Origin: Ophelia neglecta | Lineage: Eukaryota | Reading direction: 5' to 3' | NCBI GenBank assembly: GCA_965285935.1 | Contig: OZ260662.1 | Location: 75,020,001-75,084,000 of the forward strand | DNA: 64,000 nt | Shown: piece by piece, positions 51,930-64,000 of the stretch | Numbering within the stretch: position 1 is the stretch's first letter | Layout of the letters: every line of letters starts with the position of its first letter | Translations under genes and position numbers: made by a program | The notes under the pieces: model-generated | Databases searched by the model: none | Seen by the model: the letters and a program-made list of their open reading frames with translations, nothing else | Told to the model about the DNA's origin: nothing

Positions 51930-52210
51930 CTAAACATATAATTGCTTTTATACTAATCATATTACTGCCTTTTGCCATTGTACTAATCATATGCTACTGC
52001 CATTTGCCTTTGAAATAATCATATCATACTGCCTTTTTCCTTTGTACTAATCATATGATACTACCTCTTGCTTTTGTACTTTTTCATATGATATGCCTAC
52101 TGCCTTATGCCTTTGTACTAATCATATCATACTGCCTTTTGCCTTTGTACACTTCTCATAAGATATGCCTACTGCCTTATGCCTTTGCATCGCTTTAAAT
52201 ATACTGCCAG
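51930..52210 (+). repeat. Minisatellite, ~31-37-bp unit (GTACTAATCATATGATACTGCCTTTTGCCTTT), about 8 diverged copies
   Basis: TACTAATCATAT..TACTGCC.TTTGCCTTTG is visibly repeated, with more degenerate copies out to ~51850 and ~52260. Confidence 0.9.
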
Positions 52211-53619
52211 CTTTCATTCCGATAATCACTATGAAACTGCCTGTTGTTCTTGTACTAAATAATAATTATGACACTGCTAATGACTATTGCACGGCAAAAG
52301 CCAACAGTAGTAGCTCGCGCACTATATTTTCATCACCCACGGATTTTGTCCACTTACTACCTTTAACCAAACATCGAAAAGCCTTTCCTGGTGTTCAACG
52401 TTTTCTTTTGCAAATTTGTAAAAATCAAATCAAATCGTCAGTTTGAAGCGTTCCTGCCTTCTGCCTTTGAACGGAGAACTATTGACACCCCTTCTTCGGG
52501 CAAACCATTAGTTTCGGCAATAAACAGATGCAGCTGGCCGTCACAAAATGAATTAGGTGATACAATCACCAGAGATAACATCATTCGATCTAAAGAGCTG
52601 CGAGGGAGAAGGATTGGTTCAACGTCTGCTATGCGTCTTGGTCAAAATGTCCGCCCAGGCCGTCCTCAGTAACCAGATCGGCAATCCATACACCTTGTGC
52701 CACCGAACCAGGAACATTGCTATTGCCCCTTTTCCATTTGGAGGCCGACATTGATTGATGCTAGTCATATCGTAACTTTGCTCGTTTATTGCCGGACTGT
52801 ACACGCAGACAAGGCGTTCTCTGCTGTGATAAGACCAGAATAGTGATTGTTTTATGACAGTCTCCCCTCATTGCTCAATTTTCAAAATTGTATTCCGTGG
52901 TATAATAGCGTTTTTTCGTGGATGGCCAAAACTGCTTGCGTGACACTTGTAGCTTCCTCTCTACGCAAATCCTATTTTTTTAACCGAGAGGACGCCATCT
53001 CACCCTGTGTGGTATACAGTGTCTGATATTGTGTACCTATAGAATGTGCATTGTGCCTGAGCATGAGGAGCGGACGGCGCTCCAGACTCTTAGCTTCTTG
53101 TAGCAACTAGACACACGACAGATTGAATACCTGCGGTAAAAAACTGAAACAGTATCACTGCAATAGTAACCGGGGTACTTTTGAATGGAAGTCAGCTGAT
53201 ATGTCATTTCAAGCAATTGTGTAGTGATAATGGGTCGTCTATACCTCTCAAGGTGTCTGAATTGGAGTCTGGAAAATCTGGCACATGCTCATACAAACAC
53301 ACACATATATATGTATGCCACTTCACGGTGTCGCTCGTCTTTGTACAAGTTTTAACGTTGGCTATAGTGAAATAGCCACAGCATTGAAAGAGGAAGACAA
53401 AGAACTCCTGTTCTGTCTTTGCTCACGCGCTCTCGATGGACCCATGCCTTTCCAACTATCATTACTCCTCCGAAAGGTGCCAGGGAATAGAGTGGCGTAG
53501 TTTCGATGGAAAGAAGGCAGTACTATTGCGGGTTAATCTAGTTAAGTGATATGGCCACAAAATATTTGAGAGGAGGTGAACATTTTACTCATCCGATAGC
53601 AGATTAATAGTGTTTTGAT

Positions 53620-54350
53620 GTGAGCAACATAGCCTAAATTCAGCACCTCAGGCACTTGATACCAAAGGCTAACCCAGTTCCGAGAAGGAAATTGCAAGAT
53701 TGCAGTAGCCCCGGTGGTGCTCATGATTGGTGCCAACTAAATGGACGGAGCAAAGCAGCGATGTCTGCCATAGGAGTCAGCAATAAGACACAATCCGGTT
53801 GATTTAAAGCTTTTGGATCCAAACACCTTTGGTATCAACAGAGCAGGATCACCAGAGAGGATCAGAGGCCTGCCATATGTTATCAGCGGTGTGTGGTTAC
53901 CAGTCTGCTTAGCGATATATCCTCAGGAAAGTGATTTGCTTGCAGGATGTGGCCACAGTGAGTAGAAATCCGGCCATATTAATGTGACGGTTCGAAATGT
54001 ATGTAAACGAACTCTCATTATAAACCAAGCCGCTGACACCATCCACTCATCGATGGTCATAGCAGGCGATTGACAGAAGGAGATTTGTGCTGCAAGTGCG
54101 GATAGATAAGTTCGAGGATAGCTAAACATTTCAGAGTTTTGAGTTCAACGTGCATTCCTCAATGAAAGAACGTATGAAATATTGGGAGATTTGTTAAACA
54201 ACCCAATCATTGATGGATAAGCTATGGAAGGAATTCGATTGCGGCAAAGGTGGATGTATATGGTTTACATAAATTCAGAAAAGGATATGGCCAACTGGAA
54301 ACTTGAATCTGCAAAGTATTCCTTATCATCAGTTCAGCAATTTCTCAATC
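53620..54350 (+). mobile_element. Highly degraded RTE-like LINE ORF2 3' fragment
   Basis: Frameshifted remnants SEKEIARL, RPAICY and RFEMY appear in the order expected for the RTE thumb/C-terminal region, with many stops. Confidence 0.35.
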
Positions 54351-54527
54351 ACAAGGCGGGTGCCTCACCGGGTAAATTGTTAATGTTTCACCGATTGGTG
54401 GATACAATAACGATTTAATAATGAAGTCCAGTGACACTTGTTTACTTTTATAAACGGGCCTATATTGTTTTCTTCTTTGCCAAATGAATGCATATCATGC
54501 GGATTAACAGGTAGAATAGTGTTGCAG

Positions 54528-54833
54528 AATGGACACGCCCGTGACGGGCCAATGGGTTACATACCCCAGCAATGGTATAGAATGGAACCTTCCTATACCA
54601 CCGAAGCCGTCCTGGCATTAAATGGCGAGGGGGTGCAAACCGGATATCCGGATCAGTTCAGGGGGCACCAGGCTCGGCGGGGTAGTCTTGCAAGCCAGCC
54701 GAGAGGGGGCAGTGTCAAAGCCACCCCAGGCTCGCGACCTGTCCCCCTCCTTGTGCGATACTCCTCCCTTCGCAAAGCCTCTATAACCCCGTCCCTTACC
54801 AGAATACATCATTACTTCAACAGTACTCGAGAG
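54528..54833 (+). CDS. Coding exon, phase 0-0 (102 codons), rich in PKA-type motifs; probably the same gene as the duplicated exon
   Basis: TTGCAG| acceptor, in-frame ATG at 54552 and GAG|GTAGGT donor. A GC-rich island in AT-rich surroundings. Encodes RRGSL, RGGSV, RYSSL and RKASI. Confidence 0.65.
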
Positions 54834-57084
54834 GTAGGTATTTTATATAACCAATTCCCTTTAAATTAAGCTTACAGGTTTTTCTCAAAGTATAGTGCAT
54901 CATTATTATATATAATTAGTTGACGGATTAATCGTCGTTATTTAACAAATAATATTACCCAATATAGCAGAAATGTTTGTTGTTTCGTGTTTTCAACACG
55001 GTTTACTCTCTTCTTTTCTTTGAAGCGATTTCAGAATACCGAAAACACCAGTGTTGTTATGTCTGTCAAAAGCCCTGCGTTTTAAATAGGAGCACACATT
55101 TTCATAGCGATGGCTTCATTTTAGACTGATTGATGCATCTAAAAGAAACAATAACGGATGCTCATACCGTACTAAATAATTCTTCCCTTTTCTTTATCGG
55201 TACGAGGTTTGGTCCTACTTATAATGGGGTACTCGTTCAATTCATTTTAGTCACTGAGTGGCAAAAAGTAGGCCATCTGTCTCTGTGATAATTTCCACGA
55301 CAAGGTTACTATAGCTAGTACGTTTGATTTGCAATTAACAATGGCCGTATAATAGAGGGAATTCTTAGCGAGCAGCCTATTTGCTTGCTCGCCATTCATT
55401 CCTTAGTATAGAGTAGGCGTCCATCGATAAAGCTTTAATGACAAGCAATGTAGGCCGCTTGTGGACAGTGATGTATCATTGATCGGCTATAACCAGCCGT
55501 CAGTTCCTTCTGACAGCAAACCGATTGGGGGTCGTAACAAGATGTGAACACTTTGTAAGGATTTTCGAAGCGTTACAATAGTGTAGCCTATTCTACTAGA
55601 CGACAATCTAATTCCCTTACTAATATCCTATATATAATTGTGTGACGTAAGGGCTCCTACTTTCAGCCCGAGGTATGCATTGCCATAAGCTCTCTTAAAT
55701 TCATCTTTATTTTCATCTGGTAATTAATTGAAATCAGGAACTATGATTAAACAAAAAAGTCCATGTGAATCAAACTTCTTCAACACACTACGTACATATT
55801 TCAGATATATATTTTTAAGTATTTATATTTTGTACATGATCAGATGTATTCAAAGTATAGTTACATTTCTTGGGTGGAAAGGTTACACGATAGTTACTAT
55901 AAAATAGGGGAATATGACAGCAAGTGTTTATATTGCATATATATTTTTTATTTCCCCCAACAATACTTGTTTTAAAAATATCTGCAACAAAAACAGACCG
56001 TTAGGATTGTATAAACTGGTCGTTTAAGTAACCGACACATTGGATCAATATCACTGGCCTATATCATCCGCTAAGTAAACAGTACCAATGTACCGTGCTA
56101 GCTGTTTCTTATTTATTGGAACGATCGTGTCAACTGGGGGACATCTTCATGACGATTACACGGGCGGAACAAGGTTTCTAAGACAGAGGCGAATTCGGGG
56201 TGGGATGGGAATGGAACTTGGGCGATGGGTCATGGGTCTTGGGCGTGTCTACTCTCGGGTGATGGACTGGAGGCCTAGCCATCAAATCCCTCCTGTTGGG
56301 AATACACCCATCCTACCCGCTTTATGATTAACACGTGAATCCCATTTAAAGGAGAGTTCTGACTCCGATTTACCTCTATGAATCCGCCAAAGGTCGAGCA
56401 TATAAACGATACGAATCTGATATAGTGGTCGATACGTTAGAGTTACCTCGTATATTGACTGGCGAATAACAACATGACAGTGATAAGCGAAACTTTCTTA
56501 ATACAGAAGACTCATAAAAAATATACCGTTTTGTTTTAAATCGTTAGAGAAGGAATCTACAGAACTGAACAACATCATGTGAAAGTAAGCCTATATGGCA
56601 TAAGGGGTAGTACGGGTAGCATTAATTATCTACTGTGTCTTAGATGTTCCTCCCATATTAATTCTCGGCTGATATTGGTTTAAGTGTATTAAGTCTCTAA
56701 TGTGATGGATCTATGATTAATATAGAAATCAACAGCTAGCAATGAGCAATCAAGAGCACATGTTGGCAGAAAATCAACTGGCAAGTGGTGCGTGGGCATC
56801 GAATATCCGTCACGGGAAAACATCATCGGCGGCAGCCTCAGTCCCGCCTTTATACTAGTATTGATCAAGACGCCATATAAAATGAAGTCCTTCTATTCCT
56901 TCGATAATATTACCATTCACAGGTAACTGTTCTTATCCGAAGGCATGCAGAGGTACACATGCTTAAATATCATTTTGGGGTGCAGTCATTGTAATGGCCA
57001 ACTTAAACATTTAGAGTGTTTTGATTTCTGTGTACAACTTGTTTCAAATGGAATATTTTTTTCCTGAGTAACATAAACAAGTCA

Positions 57085-57263
57085 TTGTGAAACCCATGAA
57101 TTCGGACCACCAAGGGGCAGCCAAATACTGGTGTGATTATGGAGGTGGTCTGTTTCGACAGGTTATTTATCATTGTCGAGAGTGTGCAGTATGTACTTAT
57201 ATTTGTAGTCTGTATGGATTGGTGGTCCGAATATAGAGGTGCTCTTTAGGACAGGTTTCACTG
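57085..57263. mobile_element. Tc1/mariner (pogo/Tigger-like) MITE, degraded
   Basis: Right end GAGGTGCTCTTTAGGACAGGTTTCACTG|TA, degenerate left end GTGAAACCCATGAATTCGGACCACC, and internal GGTGGTC repeats. Confidence 0.55.
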
Positions 57264-59980
57264 TAATAGATACAAGTAACTTGACTCGACTGTGCTTGGA
57301 CCAAGTGACTTGTTTATCCGACAAGTCATCTCGCCAGCCACGATATTCTCGTCGTAATCCACGTAAAACCCTAAAACATAAACAACAACCTTTATTCAAA
57401 TGATGTCACTAAGGAATTGACTTTTGTGCATAGAATCCTGAACATTGCATGACCGCACGTTGCTCTCATATTTTGATAATCAGATAAAACTAGTATTCGT
57501 ATAAAGTGAAAGTATGCATGAACATTAAAAACATTGGTTTTCTGGGACAAACTGTATTGGGCTGCACGTATACATATTTCTAAAAATGACCAACAGGCAT
57601 GCAGCAGCAGGTTGTTTGCTATTTAACCAAAGGGACAGGCTTGAATTGACCCTTCATATATTGATCACGGACCAACACACAGCTTGTCTATTCTGTAGTA
57701 ACGTCTCGTTCCTTCTGTTTCACTGCTATTTGATATATTAGATCTTCCTTTCCTCCTTTTGCCGTAGGTAGTCATGGAACCTTAAAATTCATACCCTAAG
57801 GGCCGCTTTTGTTCTGCCGTAATATGAAGATCCTATTCAGCTCGAGTAGGGTTTGCAACACGAGATCCCAGGTATTTTACACGGTAATGCCTCATTCTTT
57901 ATACAACTACCGACGTTTTGCAAGGCACACCCACCAAGTCTAGCGACAGCTAGGATCGACAGGAAACTTCCAGATGCTTAAATTGCGAAACAAGTAATAA
58001 AACAAACTGTTCTTACAGTTTCTAGGACAGATTGGGTTAATGATTTATTTATTGAGTTGAATCTTTTTTGTCCATATGATTGCTGCCTGGTGTTTTCTTT
58101 TTTGAACTAAATGATTCCTTGGCGACTTATTTAAGGACTATGTGACTGTTATTAAGTCCAGGCCTACGTTGACAAGATAATTCCCCTCTACCTTTTTTAT
58201 TGTAATATTCGAAAATTTCCATCCCGCAACTACAGTCGAAATTCAGTCTAATACGATGTATTTGCCGTCCAAATCTTGTGACTAGGATTTCACTGATCGA
58301 TTTCCTCGATAAACTACTTATGTCGCTAACTCGTTTAGTGAACCTGTCTTTGTTCTCAAGAACGAGGCTATATTTGCTATCGGGAAAGCCGCCATACGTC
58401 TCCGTCCACGAACAGCCATAGCAACGTATCCTAACCATTGACCTAATATTATCAAATTGAGAAATTTCCGCCAGATACAAATCCTGTTTGCTGTGGTCAA
58501 ATATCACTGTACTGTACGTAGAAGTCGTGAGCAGGACGACTATCCGAGGCGCTTGACCAAAACCCAGGGGAGTGTCAGTGAAGCAGTGCTCTTAAAATGG
58601 TATAGCTACTCTAAAATACTTTTAATCGGGAAACTTTTTGGGTCCCTTCTATTGTTATTAACTATCCATGTGCTTCGACTTGATGACATCATGTGACACC
58701 TAAATTTATGTAAATGTGTTTTTTTTTAAAAATAGCTTTTGGGGTAGCTTTCACGTTAGCGTCTACAGAAAACTTAAAGGTAGTCTCGTTGACTGAATAC
58801 GTTTTTTACCATCTTTAATTTGCATACTACTATGTTCTGGCCTGTTAAAATTATCTGATCCAGGAACCGGCATACGTGTCTTACCTGACAGTTCTTATAA
58901 CGTATAATAATGCGACCCTGGACTTGATGAAGGACCGGAAAACGAGTCGGCGAGTCGTGTATTGCGATGCCAAAAGCTAAGCAATTAAAGGTAAGAATCT
59001 GGAGGTCCAGACTTATGTGAATACGACTGTCAAGAATTTTAATGATGAGACCTGGACCATGCCCTGATTATGTGATCCGTGTAGGGACACACTGTTTGGC
59101 ACTCGTCAAATCCATATCGTGTCCTTAGTGCTCTTATAATTTGCTGTTAATATACGTGCATAATTTGAACGTCGAAAGGTCCATAATATCCTAGGATATG
59201 TTCAATTTGGATTAGGAACTATAGTGTACATTGAATAAGACAGAGTTCTATTATAACAGGATGATAAAAAATATATAGACTTGTATAATTATATGCCTAC
59301 CTAAACATGCTTGAATATAATTACAACTATTTTATTCATTTGTCTGACGGAAATTCTGTATACATACGTGTCTGAGTTTAAGTTGAAAGATGTACCTTAC
59401 TCTTCTTGAACACGAGAAACGTGTTTTTCATATCTGATTTTTAAGTAAGTTTAGAAAGAAAATTGACTCTATACTCTTAAAAGCTTTAAGAGAAATGTTG
59501 AAGGCATACGAAAAAGGTAAAATACAGACCAGCGGCATATCAATGGTTTCATGACAAAAAAAGCACTGAGCAACATTTCTTGGTCATTGGTCCATTTCTG
59601 CATTCGACTGTAAGGCCTACCAGATCCAGGGCACCTTATTGGCAGATGTTTATTATTAATGATATTGTCTTTACTGTCATCGATGCAAAGCCATTCTTAA
59701 GTAGCTCCTATGTTGGTCTTTTTGTTGACTGTCTTTGGCATGAATGCTCCCCTATCATTTCCGTCTTATCTATGATTGATGGGGTGCATTTAATGTCAAG
59801 CAGTATTGGTCGATTAATATCTGAGCCCGGTACTAATGTACACATCCCTTCGGTAGTAGCCTTTGCGAAATACCTGATTATGGCTTTCTCCTTCATATGG
59901 GTTAAGGTGTGATATTACAACCAACCTAAATTATCGTAGAATCAAATGTCAATTTATGTATTTATACAATCAATGGCCAG

Positions 59981-60180
59981 TGACGTGCCTGGGCTTCATT
60001 CAGGCCAATTAGCGTCATAATCCGATGCCCACTGCTTTGTCAACATGAAACGTGACGCTCACTATGTTGTTTGACGTCACTAGCTACCACTTTTGAGCGT
60101 CACATTAGCTTCGGCCAATCAACATACATTGCCTAATTACACTCACCAGCCCGTTCTACCAATGAAGGCAGGACCCGTCA
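59981..60180. promoter_or_regulatory. CRE/ATF + CCAAT (NF-Y) motif cluster; candidate cAMP-responsive promoter or enhancer
   Basis: Full TGACGTCA at 60072-60079. Half-sites TGACG/CGTCA at 59981, 60013, 60053, 60098 and 60176. CCAAT at 60005, 60115 and 60159. Confidence 0.55.
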
Positions 60181-60789
60181 CTTGGAATAGATTATGTCGA
60201 AATTGAATCTCCTATAATTTTAGGTTGGATGTAAGAGCCAGATAGGGTAAAGTGCATACCATAATTCACACTACCCTCCAGAACATTATTATGCCACGTG
60301 TTTTTGTTTATAGTTGATCAGAGATTACTTTTACCTCCTTGAGGTTGTCAGATATATGCTTTATTGTTTTATAAGCACACTTTCATCATTTTGGACCACG
60401 TTTATCATGCTAGGAATAATTATAATGATAATATATAAAAATAATTATAATAATAATGATGATAATGATAATATATTTATCGAAATCAAGGCAGGATTGA
60501 GTTTCTGTGTAAAGGTTTGGCAATATAGCCCTATTAATTTATTTTAACCTACAAGGGTTATCCAGTTCCACAATTTCAATTAATGAACCGAAAAATTCTA
60601 AGATGTTTAAACCCACAATCCTTGCGGTACCATCTCCTTGTTCAGCGATATCAGCGACTCTGTCCTATGTGCTAATAATTAAAAGATTAATAATAAGATT
60701 TCAGCGAAACTGCTCATGACGTAGTAAGAATACTTTTTAAAAGACTATGTTCTATGCATATGAGCACGCATAAAGACAATGTCAATGTC

Positions 60790-61540
60790 TCAATTGAAAT
60801 TGATCATAATCGTTTAGAAGTAAGTAGCAAGCAAATAAAAAATAAGTTAAGTAAAGCAAGAGATGTATATAATATACATTTCTGGGAAAACACAGTCAGT
60901 CAGAGGCCATTGAAAATAGGGGTATTAAGTCTGGAATTAAACAATTAAACTCGGATTGGAGGCTAGTCCAAAGCCACGTCCATGCATACAGAAACCTAGT
61001 CTCTTTGTACATGTACAAAGTTTACGAGTGTGGTCTCTTGGGATTACACCATTACATTCCTACTCGGAGATCGGAGACATTTTGCCGCCTGATATGGGGT
61101 TATCAATACTGTTAAATAAGCTGGAGCTGAACCACTCAACCCTTTATGCCGGAAGACAGACTTCAATTTTATTCTGAAGAGCACTGGCAGACAATGAAGC
61201 TGTCTAAGAACTGGGTTTATATTAGCTCGATAGTCTGAACATCTGATCGTATTTGCAAATATATTTTTTATCAGAGGAAATGTTCTCAGAGCATTGTTAG
61301 ACAAACCAACATACTGGATGGACATCAAGATACTATTCTTGGACGTGGCAAGGCACGTGTTATGGTAACTAAACGATGCCTCTCGTGACAAATACTAATT
61401 TATGAGGGGTATATTTCTGTAGTGATAAAAATTAGAAGCATGTTTACTCACCAGACTGATATATTTATCCAGAGCGAAGTCTGTCTCAAAGATAACAAGG
61501 GTTATTGCCAATTTTAATAGTGTTTGGATCAGATCCACTG
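60790..61540 (-). mobile_element. Degraded L2-clade LINE 3' fragment
   Basis: NINPVLRQLHCLPVLFRIKLK...KGLSGSAPAYLTVLITPYQAAKCLRS matches the L2 ORF2 C-terminal pattern HITPVLxxLHWLPVxxRIxFK...GxAPxYLxxLxxxYxPxRxLRS. An upstream LVIFETDFAL resembles LGVIFD. Confidence 0.85.
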
Positions 61541-61564
61541 GAGAATGTTATAGGCTATATTCTA

Positions 61565-63545
61565 GTGCTAGGGTGGTCCAAAAATACCTAACCTTTAATT
61601 TTATGATTTTCTTCTTCTCATGGATTCTTGTTAGGTATAATCTCAAACACCAAGAATGGCAATATCTTTGATATTTGAACTCATAGCTAAAGGTTAGTGA
61701 CACTCATATTATTAAAAAAACAACAACAGGACAATATTTTTTAAAAAGGGCAAACTAAAAGGCTTCTTTTTCTGTTAAAATTGCCACCATTTTCAATATT
61801 TGGCCCAGTATGATATGGTATGGTACGTTGCTGTTGAGATAATCGCCAAAAGTCAAGATCGCAAAGTCTGGGCTTTTGTGGTAAATTGGATCTGTATGTA
61901 ATCTTAAGAAAAATGTTGAATGTTCTTACTAGAACATTTAGCCAATATGTATATCTTGAAGGTTTGTTGAAGTGATTTTTTCGTGGCTGTCTTATTCGTT
62001 TATCTTGGCTTACAAATTAAAGTTTTCAATTGTTTAGAAATATTAACAAGCTGAAATATTCATAATGTCATGCCATCTAGATTTACATGACACCAAATGG
62101 TCATTTAAAAGCGTTCCATCATACTTTCAGTTCGATGGTACCAATCACTTGTTAGTCAGATGTAAAGGTAAATTATAACTGTCACATAATCTAATAAGGA
62201 TAATATAACAACCAGCAGTAAACAAGCAGCTGTTTCTATCCGTATGTTTTCAAATCCCCGATGAGCAGCACTCTTAACAAACCATCTTGCCTTGATAAGC
62301 CTCACCTGGCTGGCCGCCACACTATCAGACAACCTTATCATAATCTGATCTACTCCTGCCTACCTGTTTACGGTCCAGCTATCAAACCACATTCTTTCAA
62401 TCTTTGTGTTCACTTGTACGTTTAGAAAAAAACAGCTTGTAATTCATTTTAGCATTTAATCGTGTGCATTACCTTCATTCAAGGCACATTCTTGTTTTAA
62501 CTGTTGAGTCGTTCCTCTGAATACTATATAAACGGCATACTGGAAAACCTGATACGAAATACGAAGGAAATACGAGATACACAGATACGAAAAATTAAGA
62601 TTGAGTTGGATTATGACAGGGTAAGGGGTAGGGTTAAGCTAGCAACCTAACTAAACCATAACTTACTTTATCTTTCACCCTAACCCTAACCTAGTCCATA
62701 TGGCTACGTTTTAAACACCTCGTATCTCGTATCTGCGTCTCGTATCTCGTATTTCGTATCAGCTTTTCCAGTATGCCTATATAAACCGGTCATTCTTGGT
62801 CTGAATCAATCGTTTAATGGAGCCCTATAGTCCAACTTTAACAATTTCCCTATGAGCTATCCCTTCGCTTTGACTAAAGATTTCCGGCTAAACAGTGAGA
62901 TCACAATATATTATTTAGCTGCAGCCCTAGGATGAGTTGAGGAACGCAACAGGGATAGGCACTGTAACATTCTGAAATCTAAGATGATTCAAAAGAGATG
63001 CTCAAATTACAGTATGTGCAAAATCAACCGGCGAATTTGATCTACACAAATTTTGAAATAGCAGTTGCAATGGATTTTTAAATGTCACCTTGTTATTGTT
63101 AGTACACAAAGTAGCGCTTTACTTAACCTTTGCACACCTTAGTTGTGTAGTCAATGTTAGTTAATTTTCCTGTGCCTTTAACCAGTTTTTATTTGGCATC
63201 ACATAACAATATAATATTATAATGTATGACAGCCCACTGAGAACACCAAAAGACGACATGGCTGAAGTCTTAATAGAGATTTTTCTTTTGACACGCTTGA
63301 ACTTTAAGAGATAGTTTCGCCTTTTGTGATTAAACAAAAAGTATGCTTCATATGTGTTATCTCAGTTTTATTGAAGCGATGTTCAAATTGTAGGGATATC
63401 ATTTAAGTTATCCTTCATGATATAAAAAAGCTTCATACAATGTACATGTATAATTTGTCCATATCTAACCACAAACTACGTCCTCTAGAATGTCAGGTGA
63501 ATGCCGCATTGTTTATTAAGTGCAATGCCATATTTTGAGGATGGG
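61565..63545 (+). repeat. Old interspersed repeat, copy B (homologous to ~15285-16880), interrupted by a MITE
   Basis: Same colinear blocks as copy A. The 62534-62777 MITE is absent from copy A. Confidence 0.7.
62534..62777. mobile_element. Mutator-like (9-bp TSD) MITE, 244 bp, with internal telomere-like motifs
   Basis: TIRs GGCATACTGGAAAACCTGATACGAAATACGA / TCGTATTTCGTATCAGCTTTTCCAGTATGCC. TSD TATATAAAC at 62525-62533 and 62778-62786. Internal AGGGTAAGGGGTAGGGTTA ... CCCTAACCCTAACC. Confidence 0.93.
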
Positions 63546-64000
63546 CATGGCAGCTTTATGCAGCTAAATTTCCAGTGGCTAAATTTGTATTCTACAAATA
63601 GAAGGAATCATGTAATAATCATTGTAATTTCCGTCGCGAACTCCTAAGGATTAAATACCTCATCAGGCATCACTTGAATGGTGATTGAGCAGGAAGTGTG
63701 TTCCAATGTAATGGGGTATATTATTGTCAAAATTCCCCATACGAACAATCGTAGCCGAATGAGACTGACGCTGGCTCCTCAATGAACCGGAAATAAAAGG
63801 CAGCAGAATTCTGGTGGTAATGCGACTTCGAACCTAAGAATCTCCACAGTGTTTTGAAATGAAGGGCCTGTCGGTCGCCTACATGAATATGTAAGTGTAG
63901 GAGTCTATTGCGTGGGTGAGCATTAATTACTTGAAAGACGCCATTCGTGATTACCTCAAAACTGGTCACCTAGAATGCACGGAATGGTGCATGGGGAGCT

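Noticed and set aside
51930-52210. Regularly spaced ~32-bp repeats as a possible CRISPR array
   Set aside because: The units are head-to-tail without unique spacers, the context is eukaryotic and there are no cas genes. It is a minisatellite.
52391-52804. Overlapping short ORFs with a faint GVxQG-like RT remnant on the minus strand
   Set aside because: Too degenerate to call.
56882-56922. ATG...CACAG|GTAACT short first-exon candidate (MKSFYSFDNITIH)
   Set aside because: It ends in phase 2, is incompatible with the phase-0 exon set, and is too short to support alone.
59580-59912. 110-aa ORF and a minus-strand ELLKNG RT-like remnant
   Set aside because: There is only one short motif. It is possibly a decayed LINE but cannot be supported.

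Overview
AT-rich eukaryotic (metazoan, probably marine invertebrate) genomic DNA that is mostly intronic or intergenic and repeat-rich; it is not prokaryotic. The only long ORF belongs to a young, 5'-truncated L1-clade (Tx1-like) non-LTR retrotransposon on the minus strand (22947-27447). It has an intact 1231-aa APE+RT+CCHC ORF2, an A33 tail, a perfect 13-bp TSD and the C-terminal stub of ORF1. A 62-codon ORF bridges the ORF1 stop and the ORF2 start through stop/start overlaps at both ends. On the plus strand are Ser/Arg-rich, phase-0 coding exons full of R-R/K-x-S (PKA-type) motifs: one duplicated with its ~2.2-kb flanks (12686-13171 and 18381-18866) and an unrelated one at 54528-54833. Weaker short ATG-to-donor candidates and a dense CRE/CCAAT cluster near 60 kb add to this, suggesting the 5' part of a large multi-promoter gene whose body lies outside the window. 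Also present are a decayed multi-exon gene on the minus strand (first ~3.6 kb), two 9-bp-TSD Mutator-like MITEs with telomere-like internal motifs, Harbinger-like and Tc1/mariner-like MITEs, a tRNA-derived Meta-type SINE, decayed L2/RTE fragments, an old two-copy interspersed repeat, and micro/minisatellites. All alignments and counts were done by eye; no database searches were run.
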